64,000 bases of DNA. It comes from Auanema rhodensis (Eukaryota > Animalia > Nematoda). Both the position numbers and the translations under genes were made by a program. The stretch covers positions 11,780,001 through 11,844,000 of the forward strand of contig OZ059898.1 in assembly GCA_964057225.1 (NCBI GenBank), written 5' to 3'. Below the pieces are notes generated by a model, which worked only from the letters and a program-made list of their open reading frames with translations, had not been told where the DNA came from and ran no database searches. Every line of letters starts with the position of its first letter. Positions within the stretch are counted from its first letter, which is position 1. Below, in pieces: positions 38,285 to 51,174 of this stretch.

Positions 38285-41200
38285 ACTACTCCAGCCCTAT
38301 AAATTACACTTGTATTAAATGAAAAATGACAGAGAATAGAAGAATAAGTAAAAAGATGCAAAGGATCCCAATCGATTCACGCACTAAACTAGTAAAGAAT
38401 GAAAGCCGAAATGTAAACTGCACAGAACCAATATAGAAGAAGACCACAGAGAAAAGTCACATATGAGAATCTCAAGAGGCGGGATTCATAGAGGGTGAAA
38501 GGGCATGAAGAAGACAAGAACTGCGACTGTTTCCGAATTTCAATACTTCCAAAACAGTTCCGAACATGTCTTGTGGTTAAATCAAATACAATTAAACAAT
38601 TCAGCAAAGAAAAAACTAAGACGAAAAGTCAAAAACTTCTATGTGCAAATTGACTACGAGATGTTAGAAATAACGATGATGAAGACGACGTTCAATGCAG
38701 AACTGAATGAAACCAACGGTAGTCTGGACAGGTCTTAACAAGCCAGACAGAAGCAAAAACACGGATCTGAAGTAAAAGCGACAATGCATGGAAAAGGGCG
38801 ACTCTGGAGAGGGGGGAAGGAAACGGGCATTTGAAATGTGACATGTATATTATAGGAACGGAGAAAGGAAACCATCGTATATACATATGCGCCGGCATAC
38901 AGAGAAATATGCGACCAATCAATATCAAATGAAGAGCGATGGGAGAAACGGAATTGCCGAAAATGGTAAGAAGACGAAGTCATCCGACTGTTTGGTCTTC
39001 AACGATAACAAAAAAAAAGAATGCATATTCTGATAAAATAAAATGTTTGTTTACAAGCCTATTCTGGAAGTAGCGCCGGGCAGCCAAACGCAAGCACGAT
39101 TGATTGAAAAGCGCGTCGACTGGATAGAAATCAAACTGGACTCTCTCTCATTCTCTCTTTCTGTGGTTGTAGAGGTGTGCGGGGTGAAATGACGATCACC
39201 ATTACAGAAAACCAGTTCATGACGGGAGGGCTGTATGCGTATGAGCGAAAACACGCCAAAGAAGCGATAAGGATGGCATTGTGTATGTGGTACTTCAACT
39301 GTTGAAACTCAGCTCATAACTATCCTCAAGGCTTGTATACTAGAACAATTATTATGAACACAACAAAATGATGAACCAGCGCGGAACTTGACAAAAATGT
39401 TTCGCTGACTAACGTGGAAAATTAATATTTAAAACATGAAGAATATTCACATATGACAAATAAACACACTGGAGCGACTTCACAAGAATATCATTATTTT
39501 CTCAGTGAAGCGCTTAATGGGTAGCTGGCAGCTTTTGAAAAATGAGCGTCCAAGGCTGCTTCATAAAATGATGTGTCTGGGTCTCCTATTCAGTTCAACC
39601 AAAGGAGCTAGGAAGTCATCAAAACGTTAAGGGCATCGATTACACAACAAAGAGAAAAGAGGCTAAACAAGAAACAACGCGATGCCAACCTTCCTTCATT
39701 CATATCACAGTGAAACATCATCTCAATTGTGACAGATGCATGAAGACCGATCAAGAAAACGACCGGAGATAGCGTTTGAAGCTGCTCCCAAATAGGGATG
39801 GGGTACGCCAGTGGCAGATGGGATCACTGCCTCCAGGAACTCATGGCTGCACTTCTTAAGCCACGCCCCTACAGTAGGACAATGACAAGTAGGTATTGAT
39901 CTTGTGCAGCGAAGCCATGAAAAGCCGAAAGAACTTCGAGCAAGTCGACAAGTAAAAAAATCAAGTAAGCAACAGACATGATGAAGAAAATAAGTACCAA
40001 TCTAATTTGAAACTTTCAAAGATATAATATAGTGTACAAAGGGTGCAATAGTGAGCAATAATAGAGGAAAAAGCAATCCAGAAACACATTATATGTTAGA
40101 ACATCTTTCACTAAAGAAATATACGGAGGATATATGTGATGAAACGAAACAGATCGGAAAAGAAAAAGATATGAAGAAGCAGGCGTAGAAATGAAAGAAT
40201 AAAATGGATGAAACTTTAAAACCTATCCAGCCGACGTACAAAGGTGGATATAAATTATGGAGGTACAGGTGTCAATGCTCGCTATCTGTTGGCCCGACGT
40301 ACACTTTCGCGCCTCACAAGTACTCTCATCACAATGATCAAACAGAGACACTGCAAACTGACTACTATGGAGGACTGACGATAGTCGAGAAAAAGTCCGC
40401 ATCGAAATCCACTCTATTAAAGATGAACATATAAGAGCCAATGTGGCCGCCCCACTCCCAAAAGTCGTCAATCCTTGGGGTTTACCACTCGAAATGTACA
40501 CCAACAACTTGATATGAAGACGAGCATAAGCGCAAGCAAGAAACAGTACACAGATCAAGCTTAAATAACCTAAGGAATTTTTTTTTACTTCAATACAGTA
40601 GACGTTTCGAAAAGACAACGCTCAATGAGTAATTGCAAGCACTCGATAGAGGAAATGAGAAAAATCCTGGTCAATGAATGTGTGCTTTAGAGCCACAAAA
40701 CGATTTCCAAAGAAAAAATTAAATTAGCTATAGGAAGGTGTGTCCAAGGCGTGAATGTAAAGACCGCAATGAAACCGCAAACCCATGCATCGAATACAGG
40801 CCGAAAACCGAAATCTAGTTCGAAATTGAGGTGACAGTACAGATTAGATCTATAATAACCTTCAATTATATACATATTTCCATTACGCTATGAAAGTGAC
40901 GAAAATATTCTGACAATCAACGCAACAATTTGAATAATGATCATATGTTATGAATAGGAAAAGCGGCACTAATATCGTGATTTTGGAATTTTATAGCAGA
41001 TATTTAGCCAGCAAAAGAATACGTTTCTTTATGGGAAAAAGAGCGATAGAGAAAATAATTTCTCTGTCGATCAAGACGCGAGGCACATCTGTACAGTGTG
41101 TATGTGTGTATGTCGTTCCAAAGAAAGAAAAACGCCCGTGAGACGTCCATGAATCATATGATGCGCATCCCTACTGGTAAACACGGGAAAACGAAGGCGC

Positions 41201-44200
41201 GCCTGAGCAAACGTACAAGGCAGTGAACAAGCAGGGATTCTGAACATAACATTGGAGAAAATTCAATTGAAACATTTGTTTCACATCATGACTCTTGTTG
41301 AAATCGATGTTAAACAATAGAGAGGTCAGTCAGTATTAACTTCAGGATTCTCACGGGAGCTCCATCACTATGTAAGAGAAACGAGTACAAAGAAAAACAA
41401 GAAAATGGGCAATCTCATGTGGGACCAGGAGCAGGAGTGTCAATTGCACCTATTACACCGCATTTCGGCTATCCTTGATCGATCTATTGTCCGTCATATA
41501 ATAGAGCGTAATACACTGGTTAGACTAATGATCGCATAATGGATATACATATTCCTTTAGTTGTCTATCGTGAACTGCACCATATAAGCAGAGTGAATAA
41601 GCTGAGAGAAAGGCGAAGAAAAAAAAGTATTTACGAACGAAATAAGCAAGCGGAATTAAAACAAAGGAAAGCTCGCGGCCAAGGTCGGTCCGAACATCTT
41701 CTATATAGAAACAGGTAGAATGAAAAGAAAACACAAAGCAGACGGTGAAGAGGTTCTAGCCAGCCAGGTAATAATAGAAGCAATCATTGAGTTGGAACAA
41801 ATAGACTGTATTACGGACCGTGAAAGGATTAGTCTCTGGGCAATCATTGTTATGCAAAAGGCAGACTCCGACCTTCGCGCAACACACAACGTACAAGTAA
41901 TCAGAGAAATACAGGAAACCGCGAGGTTTATCTTGATAGCACTCTATTCCAGCCATAAATACAACAATTGAGGACGATGCTACATTTAGAAAACTATACG
42001 AGAGAAAGATAGCCACTGTATGTCCATTTTGCATCTGACGTATGCCAATATACATAATGTTGGCAATAAAACGTCTTCCAACAGCTGTCATGTATATTCG
42101 TTAATTTGAGGCACCAATTTTCCGAAGAACATGCTATTTTCTAGCTATCAGTTCGTTTAATGCACAGCCATCCACCCACTTACCCTTCGAAATACAAAAA
42201 AAAGCAGATCTGTTCTCGCAAGGCATCATCAAAAAAGCGACTGAAGAGTTTCAATGGGAGAAAAGAATTACGCAGTCTGCTGTAAACCAGGAATATAGAT
42301 TTTAGATCATTAAGCTACTGATTTTATTTAGACTTATATCTTAAAGTTATGTGCAAAAATACACACAAACTAAATCTATTTGCTATTGAAGGAGGGCAGA
42401 TACTAACCAAATGAACCGCAAAATCTGGTTACTACCGGATTTCAACGGAATACCAATACCCAAATTGCTTCTTCGAAGTATTTCTTCGTGTAAGCTCAGA
42501 TTCGGCTCATCTGCCATGTGCTATAGACATTACTTAATATGGAAGAATACCAAGATTACGAGGCTGGTATAGGCGGGAATTCCAGCTCATTCTTGCAATG
42601 AATTAGCCATTGGTGATATAATTTATATCGATCGGCACCGTTATTGAATTACAGAATGTTTCATCCAACATTCACATCCAAATTATGACAAATATATAAG
42701 GAACATGACACAAAATTACACCCCAATCTCAGAACAGTAAAGTAACAACAAGTGACCACAACTCAGTACTCAAGACAGGCTAAGATTATTCCAACACTAG
42801 CCTTCTTTGCATACAGAATTTAGAATTCTATACGACAGATTCAGTCATCTATCAGTGCCAGCGCCAAAAATCAAAATAATCCCCCCGCCATATGTGCTGA
42901 AGGCTGAATGAACAGTACTCTTGCAATTTCCATAAACGTGGTTTTGCATAAACAAGTGAACCCCGAAAATCTATTCTCAATCATGGTCATGTACTTTTAG
43001 AAAAATTGGGAATGAACTAAGGACTGGGAACAGGGAGAGAACCTGAAAAGGAACAGATCAAGGCAACATATGTATACATGCTATCACCAGACAACAAAAT
43101 TAGCTTCATACAATAGTTGCCATCTCGTATTTCATTACCTAACAATAGAAAAGACACAATTAGGATGAGCCATGTCAATTGAAAAACGATTTTCAAGATA
43201 AATAGAGACATAGTGAGATGGTTTTCGTGAACCCTTAATTGTCGGCTACAATTAGTGACTGATCTGGCTTGGCGATTATGAAAGTAAGCGAGATGACTAA
43301 GCAGGGGATAACAGACGCTATAATAGCTCACTAAAAGCGAAGCCGCTTAATTGAAAACCACTAGCTCTTAAGTTGAAAGTTGCGATGAATTAAAACAGTA
43401 GGGAAACAAACAAACAATGCAATCATGAGTCCCATTGGGGATAGTTTACCAACCATAATTCAGTTAGCTATAATCAGTCGTACTCGTTACGAGATCGAAC
43501 ACATAACATGCCATCTGCTATATACTTTGCTTCTTATAATATCTTACTTAGATGTTAATTGGCAAGTAGCGACAGCAACATTTGCCGCTATAAATAAGAA
43601 GAGAAGTACAAGATCTACGTCGAGGAGTCAATGACCGACTCTTATTTTTGACGGTCTAAATCCATTTATCATTTTCTATAAAATCATACGTCGAGCCGAA
43701 ACACCATCTGTCAGGCTATTCATGTATTATGAATGCAAGGAATGGCGGTATCGGGAAAGAATTGTATCCCATTGAGACGAGAGGGCTCATAAGACATCCA
43801 GCCTATTTGGAAATGAATCATGCGAAATAGCATCTGTCATTTCCGTGATATGGGCCATCAGCTCATCCCATGTACAAATGAGTCTAAGAAAACAGATACA
43901 AAAAGAGCTACTTGCCGAACAGCATCATATCTTAATCAGGGAGATGAGCGGAAATAAACAGAGCGGCTATTCTTTCATTGCTGCCTTAATTGCATGATTG
44001 CGTGCACGCAACCAGTTTTTAGATTATAAAATACACATAATTCATGTAATTTACAAGGACATCATTCAGCACAGCTCAACATAGCATATCTTATGTTGAG
44101 AAATACTGTTCCATGAAAAACTGATGAGCACTTGTTCGCATAAGGTTCAAGTTGAAAGCATCATAAAACAAGAAAGAAGAAAAGGTTAAAGAAAGAGAAT

Positions 44201-44759
44201 AGAACTGTTAGAGAAAATAGCAATAATGGAATTTATAAAGTACGAACCAACGAGCTTAAAAATTGCTCTTCATGAATGCTTAGACTTTTCAGCAATTCGT
44301 GTCTGCAAGCCTTGACAGAAATGTGCACACAACGGATTAACAAGCGGGTTTACTTTAGCTGGTCACGACTAGTTTAATCGTAGATGGTCAGAACTACAGA
44401 GCATATATGAATTTGGAAATTAACATAAAATTAAGTAAAGAAAGTAAAGGACAGAAATATACAATGTAAAAGTGGAATCATCTCAGCTTGAATCAAGCTG
44501 ATAACGATACAGACACTTTGCGGGCGTACAGATAAGGAACATATACTGAATGAGTAAATAAAAATAACAACTGGTAGCTAAAAATCAAATAAGGTTGTGA
44601 CTAAGAGGATGGTCAAGAATTAAAACTTGAAGAGAGTAGAAGAAACTAACAAAGCTAAAACAAAGAAAACATTGAAAGAATGATAAAAAGCAGAATGGTT
44701 AGAATAAACTTAAAAAATGAAAGAATTATTAGTATATAAAACAAAACCAAAACTCCTAC

Positions 44760-44876
44760 CTGGTTGCTGGGGAGGGATATGTGTTCTCATATAAAATAAC
44801 AGGAAAAAAGTTATGCAAGAAAGGTATATATAAAATAAAAATAACCTCTAGCAGCAGTTGAAGCTCATTTCCCCTT
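44760..44876 (-). other. Candidate non-coding 5' UTR exon of mbl-1
   Basis: Minus-strand CAG|GTAGGA donor at 44759 and a CTTCAG acceptor upstream. Acceptor TTTATAG lies 12 nt before the mbl-1 ATG (exon start 38296). Would imply a ~6.4-kb first intron. Confidence 0.3.
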
Positions 44877-45476
44877 CTGAAGTTCTCCATTCGTATTAAA
44901 CCGACCGATTTTCATTACAGAAATGATGACAATGGCTTTTAAAATATTTAAATTTGCGACGGTTCAGATTTTTTCGCTATAGAGCATATGTGATTAAGAT
45001 CTATCGAAATTCGATTAAGATCTAATGGTTGTAGGATTATTGTTCTCATAAAATGTTATTTTCCTGAAAGAACAATATAAAATGAACACTTCTTCTTATC
45101 GTCACTAATTTAGTGACAAAAATTTGTTGCCCTTATCGGGAGAAAGCAGCTAAAACTCTCAAAGTATGAAATATCATTTAGTATTGATGTTCTCATAATA
45201 AGGAATGAACGTGATAAAGTACATTATGAAATTTTAGTAAAAAAATTAAAAGATTTAAAAGTTTTATTCAGAGGATTGCAATAAAAACATAAATAAATTT
45301 TGCTACTTGTATAATATAATGTGAATGATAATGAAATAGATAACGTAAATCAATAATGGATATGAAAGGAAGATCATTAATTTCATTAATATAATTAATA
45401 ATTTTAATTCAGAATTACTATAATTCAATTTCAGAAAAAAAATATCATCAAGATTTGCTGCAAATGCTTTGTTTTC

Positions 45477-46813
45477 TCATACGCCATTTGACTCATTTGG
45501 AGTTTCATTGGTGCCAGATGTTGTTTGATCAGTATGGTGATGTTCTTGGCTAAACGAACTAATTAAAAGTTTGTTTGTAATAAAGATTTCTTGATATTTG
45601 AAACCTGAATCGGATGAATGCTTGAGAAGGACGTGGTCCAGTACGAACTTCAACTGGAGGTGACATCAAAGGAGAAGAAAGGTCTTCAACTGAACTGTCA
45701 TTAGAATTCATCTTGTTCTCAAACAATATCTGAAAGAATACCAGATATTTTCATTATAATTAAGTAACTTCGATTAACCTCTGAGGTATGAGCAGCAGTT
45801 TTGCTGTGTTCAATAGCATCAATCAGCTGATTCATTTTTGTATTCAGCATAGTATTTTCAGAAATTAGTTCAATTATCTAAAAATCTGTTTAAACGTAAG
45901 TATATTGGAACATCAAATTACTTTATTAGATAAATCTGAGAATAACTGCTGATTTTGCTCTTTTTGAAGTTGCAGAACTTCATGAACATCATTTTGAAGT
46001 TGCATTTCATAATTCTAAAAATTGTAAATTTAATTTTCTTGTTTATGGTTCTTAAGAACATTATCCTCGAGTTTAGAATCTTTCAATATCTTCTCAAAGT
46101 TGTCAACTTTCTTTTCAATGCTTTTCAAACGATCTAAAACTGAATCAAATAGCTGAAAAAGGATAACATTATTAATTTTCTGATGTTAAATACCGGAATA
46201 CTGATATTAATTTGTGGGAGATTGGTAATGGAATCATTCCTATCTTGAGAGGCTTGTTTACCATGTTTCTGAAAATTCTATTTTCGGTCAACGTATTCAG
46301 GTTTTAATCTCAGGTTTAAAACTTTTTTCTTTTAAAAACATAGTTGACCTTAACAGTTTCAAGCTGTTCGTGTCGCAAAACAATTTGCTCTAACTTCTCC
46401 AACAAAGCTAAGTCTCGCGCTTCATCCGCTTTACGTCTTTCGATTTCTTGTTTGTTTTGGTTAATCTAAAGCTCTGTAAGAACTGTGAATAGCAGCTCAG
46501 TACTCACGGAATCATGTGTAGAAACAACAACAGTGGGTGTCTTTGCTCTATAGGGAGTGAATGAATTTGTTACTGGACTTACAGCAACAGATTTCGGATG
46601 GCCACGAATAAAGGTCGTTCTATCCACCGTATCATTCATCTGGAGAAAATGAAGGAAAGTGAAAGATATGCATTTCAAAATAGGTAGATGTTTTTTTTTT
46701 TTTTCTAATTTTAACGGAGAAAAATGCAAACGAACCTCTTGAAGGATCAATGGTTCATAACTTCGTCGACGAATTTCTTTGATGTAGTGTTCATTTATAG
46801 TTCGATCATTCAT
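45477..46813 (-). CDS. Uncharacterised coiled-coil protein, about 300 aa, 9 exons
   Basis: Phase-consistent GT-AG exons (46813-46736, 46639-46508, 46465-46349, 46268-46194, 46152-46060, then four more to the TGA at 45477-45479). Heptad-like segments VLDRLKSIEKKVDNFEKILKD and LISENTMLNTKMNQLIDAIE. Confidence 0.72.
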
Positions 46814-47182
46814 TTTGTTTCTTAAATTTTACCTATCGAAGACGAAAAAAAACAAAGTTAAAAGGAAATATTACAAAAAAAAGGATGAAGAAAACGTAAA
46901 ATAATGTGAAAGAGCGTAAAGAAATGATTATAATGGTTTGTGATTAACAGAATTGCATCCATATTCGTCAGATGTTATGATTGGACGTACAAATGCATTC
47001 AAAAACATTTATATTTTCCCATTTATACAATAAATAGATTCTGTACAATACGAATTGTCTTTAACTCAGAGAAAAAGTTATTTCAAACAATATTTTCACT
47101 TTATACATTGTTATTTTCAATGTATCATCATGTCATGTTATCTAGTGAAAACTATACTTTTTGTATTTCAAAACTATCTTCT

Positions 47183-47260
47183 GCATCATCATCATCATCC
47201 CCATCATCATCTTCATCATCATCATCATCAGCAGCAGCATCATCATCTTCACTATCATAG
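47183..47260. repeat. (CAT)n/(CAG)n microsatellite between the coiled-coil gene and che-2
   Basis: Direct inspection. Confidence 0.85.
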
Positions 47261-47711
47261 TAGCATATTCAACATCTCTCACAAAAATTTAACTATATAA
47301 TACTATTCAATAACATGTTTTCTTTTTGCATTTTTTTGCAAGATTGAGGTTTTTTCTTGTTTCTTTACACATAGAATGAACAATACAATCCTTTGCTTTT
47401 GTAAATACCAGATTGTGTTCAAGTAAAGACATGTGAAATTCATGGAAAAGGTTAAGTCAAGAGGTCAAATCAATAAAAGTTTTCGAATAAAGGTATTTTC
47501 ATTTCAATTAAGAGTCTACTCGTAACATTTCTAAATAAGTTAATTCTAATGCAATTATTCAGCTTCAACTATAAATTAATGGATGCGGTAGTCAAGCACC
47601 TAATTTTTCCAGTCAAAAGAAAAACATTAGCAGGTATTTTCATTGATTTAATGTCTTCCATATTCTCAAATCTGTCAGGTCAATGTCATTTGTTTAGTTT
47701 TCCCGCTTTCT

Positions 47712-47725
47712 GCTGCCATGGCAAC
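47712..47725 (+). promoter_or_regulatory. X-box (DAF-19/RFX site) about 200 bp upstream of che-2
   Basis: GCTGCCATGGCAAC, one mismatch from GTTGCCATGGCAAC, at a typical distance from the ATG of a ciliary gene. Confidence 0.8.
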
Positions 47726-47911
47726 GATAAAGCTTCGGTTCACTTTGGCGCTGCTGTCAAGACAACGACATAGAACACCGATTTACTTTTCTCTCTCTAT
47801 CTTTTTTTTTCAAATGCATTCATTTAATTGTGAGAAACAAACTGTCGAATTAATATAAATTATTATTTTCTAGATAATTGAAATATTTATTTAGAGTTGT
47901 ACATATTATAA

Positions 47912-50900
47912 ATGAGGCTTAAAGTAGTTCATTCTCGTTTACCGCGTCATAGTGATATGGTCACAGCAGTTGAATGGATGAATAGCGAAGAAATTATTTC
48001 AATTGGTGATGATCGGCAAGTTTATAAATGGAAAACAAGTGGACTAGAACCTACTATGATATACCAATTACCTGAGTAAGAAATAATAGTATTTCAAACT
48101 TAATTGATTTGATTCCAGGAAATGCTATCCAACATCAATGCATTGGCTCCCACGTAATGTTAAAGGAGCTTCAGATGTGTATGCAATGACTACATCAGAT
48201 GGTATGTTCATGATCAGATTGTATTATTTGTTAATCTTTGTAGGCAAATTATATGTTATGAATAAATCTGGAAAAAGCGAAAAATCAGCAGAGGCTCATA
48301 AAGGAGCAGCAATTTGTGGTCGATGGAGCCCTGATGGGAGCGGGCTTCTCACCTGTAAGCTTAAAAGATCATGAAGCATGTATTCATATTCGCATTAAGG
48401 TGGTGAAGATGGAGCTGTTAAGATGTGGTCAAGAAGTTGTATGTTACGTTCAGTGATTGCTCAGTTTTCCAGCCCAGTACACTGGTTAGTTTTTTCTCTA
48501 TTTTGTGTTTTAATTTCGAATTCGATGAAGATTATTTCATATACAGTGTAACATGGGATAATTGTTCAACCAGAATATTATACTGTAATGGTGATAGTTG
48601 TTATATAAAATCACTGAAAATGCAGGTACATATTAAGAGTCACAGCATGTTTTTAATTAAAATTAATTATTAGATTTCTCCTTTGAAATGGAAGGCTCAC
48701 GATGGCATTGTTATGTGCTGCGATTGGTCTCCACAATCCGATGTTATAGTTACAGGAGGGGAAGATCTGAAGTTTAAAGTTTATATTATTCATAATTTCT
48801 CACGAAAAACAGAAGAATTTAAGGTTTGGGACAACTTTGGACGTATTCTATTCTCATCGGCTCCATACGATTATGCAATTTCGTCAGTGAAGTGGAGTCC
48901 AGATGGCTCTCTATTTACAGTCGGCTCTTACAATATTCTTCGATTATGTGATAGAGCTGGGGTAATAATGTCAATCTTAACATATATAGCTAATAAGATT
49001 AGTTTTCAGTGGTCACATTCATTGGAAAAATTATCAACAGGTTCTGTTTTGGAAATAGCTTGGTCATCCGATGGTACGCAACTAGCTGCAGCTACAGCCG
49101 GCGGTCATGTTATTTATGCTCACTTGACAGAAAAGTAAGTGGATTGAAGCTTTCCATGACAATAGGTTTCTAAATTTAATCTCACATACTCAAACACTTA
49201 CAGAAGATTGTCCTACCGTAATCTAGAAATTGTGCAAACAAAGCCGAACTCAGTTGAAGTACGAGATGTTTGTAGTGATATAGCAAAAGAAAGATTAGAA
49301 ACACGAGATAGAATAACACGAATATCTATTAAATATGATTATTTAATGATTATTACAACTTCTCAGCTTTATATATTTAGGTAAATTATTGATTAAGTTA
49401 TTGACAAACTATTCAATTTTAGTTCAAATAATTGGAATACACCGGTAATAACTGATTTGAAAGAGAAATCTCCTTCTATAATAATTCAATGTGAGAAGTA
49501 AGGCCAATTCTGAAACAATACTTGGAAACACGAATCTTCAATTCAGAATATTTTTACTTGCTGATGGAATAGGATTTTATATATACAACTACGATGGACG
49601 AAATCTGTGTGAAATCAAACCTCCAGGATCTGGCGGAGGAGCAATCAGTAATTTCTGTTGCTATTGATGACTTCTAACTTCGAGATATTGTAGGCGAATC
49701 AGCAACAGCTCTCTCTAATGATACAATTGCTTTGAGAGATCGAGGTGATCATAAAACTTTGCATTTCTTTGATCCTACAACATCTAAGCCACAGGGTGAC
49801 GGATCATTGCACCATGATGTAAGCACTACATTTTCAATTTTTTAAGTTTCTTAATATGCTTCAGGCAGATGTAGTTGAAGTGGCAATATCACAATGTGGT
49901 CCTTTATCTGAAAGAATTGTTGCATTCAGAGATCAAAACTCTAATGTATTCCTGGCTTTAATAAAAACATATAGAATTACACAACGTGTTGCTAAAATAG
50001 GCAAGTAAAAGCTTGAATATATTAAGTATATGCTATATTATATGATTACAGGCTCATTAGTTGAACAATTAATGTTCAATGATGTTAGTAATATATTAGC
50101 TGGAGTAGCAGATGGTAGATTGAGTAAGCTTATTCATATTTTACTTCGAGGCTGAGTCTCATTTACAGTAGCTTGGCCTGCGCCGTCTGTTGTATTTACT
50201 GATAGAAGTCTACTTCAACAAGCCACAATAGAAAAACCCTTGAGTAATTTAGGAAGATTTCCATATTTTCTCAAGTACATCATTTGATACAATGATAATA
50301 ACGTATTGTATATTTTAGTTTTTCGTTTAACTCCGCAGTACTACGAAGATCTGATGGTTCACTCTTGCCAATTATGATTTCGCCATTTCCAGCAGCACTT
50401 TTAACACATATTTCCAGTAACAAATGGGATCAAGCTATCAGATTATGTAGGCAAATCAATGTAGTTATAAGCAAAATATATATATATATATACAACGATT
50501 TCAAACAGGATGATGTACTATGGGCTGTGTTAGCTGGAATGGCAGTACAAGAAAAAAACTTGTATGCAGCTGAACTTGCATATGGTGCTTTAGATGAAGT
50601 AAGCTCGTTCGTGTTTTGTGTGCCTTCTGTAAAATTCGTTGAAAAAAACTTTTATAAAAATTCGTTTTCAGGGTGAAAAAGTTTCCTTCCTTGCAATGGC
50701 GCGTAATAGTCCTAACAAGGATGTTAGAAGTGCAATGCTTATACAATTATCGGGAAAAGTTTGTCAACTTCCAAACAATATGAATTGTTTCCAATTTCAG
50801 ATATCTGATGCGGATGTTATATTAGAAAGAAGTGGAAATACTTACCAATGCGTTATGCTGAACATTAAAATGTTTAGATGGGAAAGGTTTGAATAGAAAA

Positions 50901-51155
50901 CGATATAAGGAAAAACAATGCGATAATTTAGAGCAATAGATGTAGCCAGTAAACATAAAAAATATCTGGAAATTGTTTTAGGATACAGACAAAGATATTT
51001 AAATGAAATGAAATTAACAGAAAATGATAGCAAATATTTAAAACATATGTCCGAAGTAAGTTCGTTAAACAACAGCAGAAATAACTATATATTTTTAGGT
51101 GGAAATAGATTGGGATCATATTCGAGAAATAATGGAATCAGAAGAAAACAAATAA
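47912..51155 (+). CDS. che-2: IFT80 intraflagellar transport WD40 protein, about 21 exons
   Basis: MRLKVVHSRLPRHSDMVTAVEW, EAHKGAAICGRWSPDGSGLLTCGEDGAVKMWS, WKAHDGIVMCCDW, TGGEDLKFKVWD, WSHSLEK, SNDTIALRD, KWDQAIRLCR, C-terminal VEIDWDHIREIME. TAA at 51153-51155. Confidence 0.95.
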
Positions 51156-51174
51156 TTTACTAAAGTCATGAAGC

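Noticed and set aside
41720-41971. 83-aa plus-strand ORF upstream of mbl-1
   Set aside because: No motif or splice support; length compatible with chance
46940-47300. Poly-His and poly-Ser ORFs
   Set aside because: (CAT)n microsatellite
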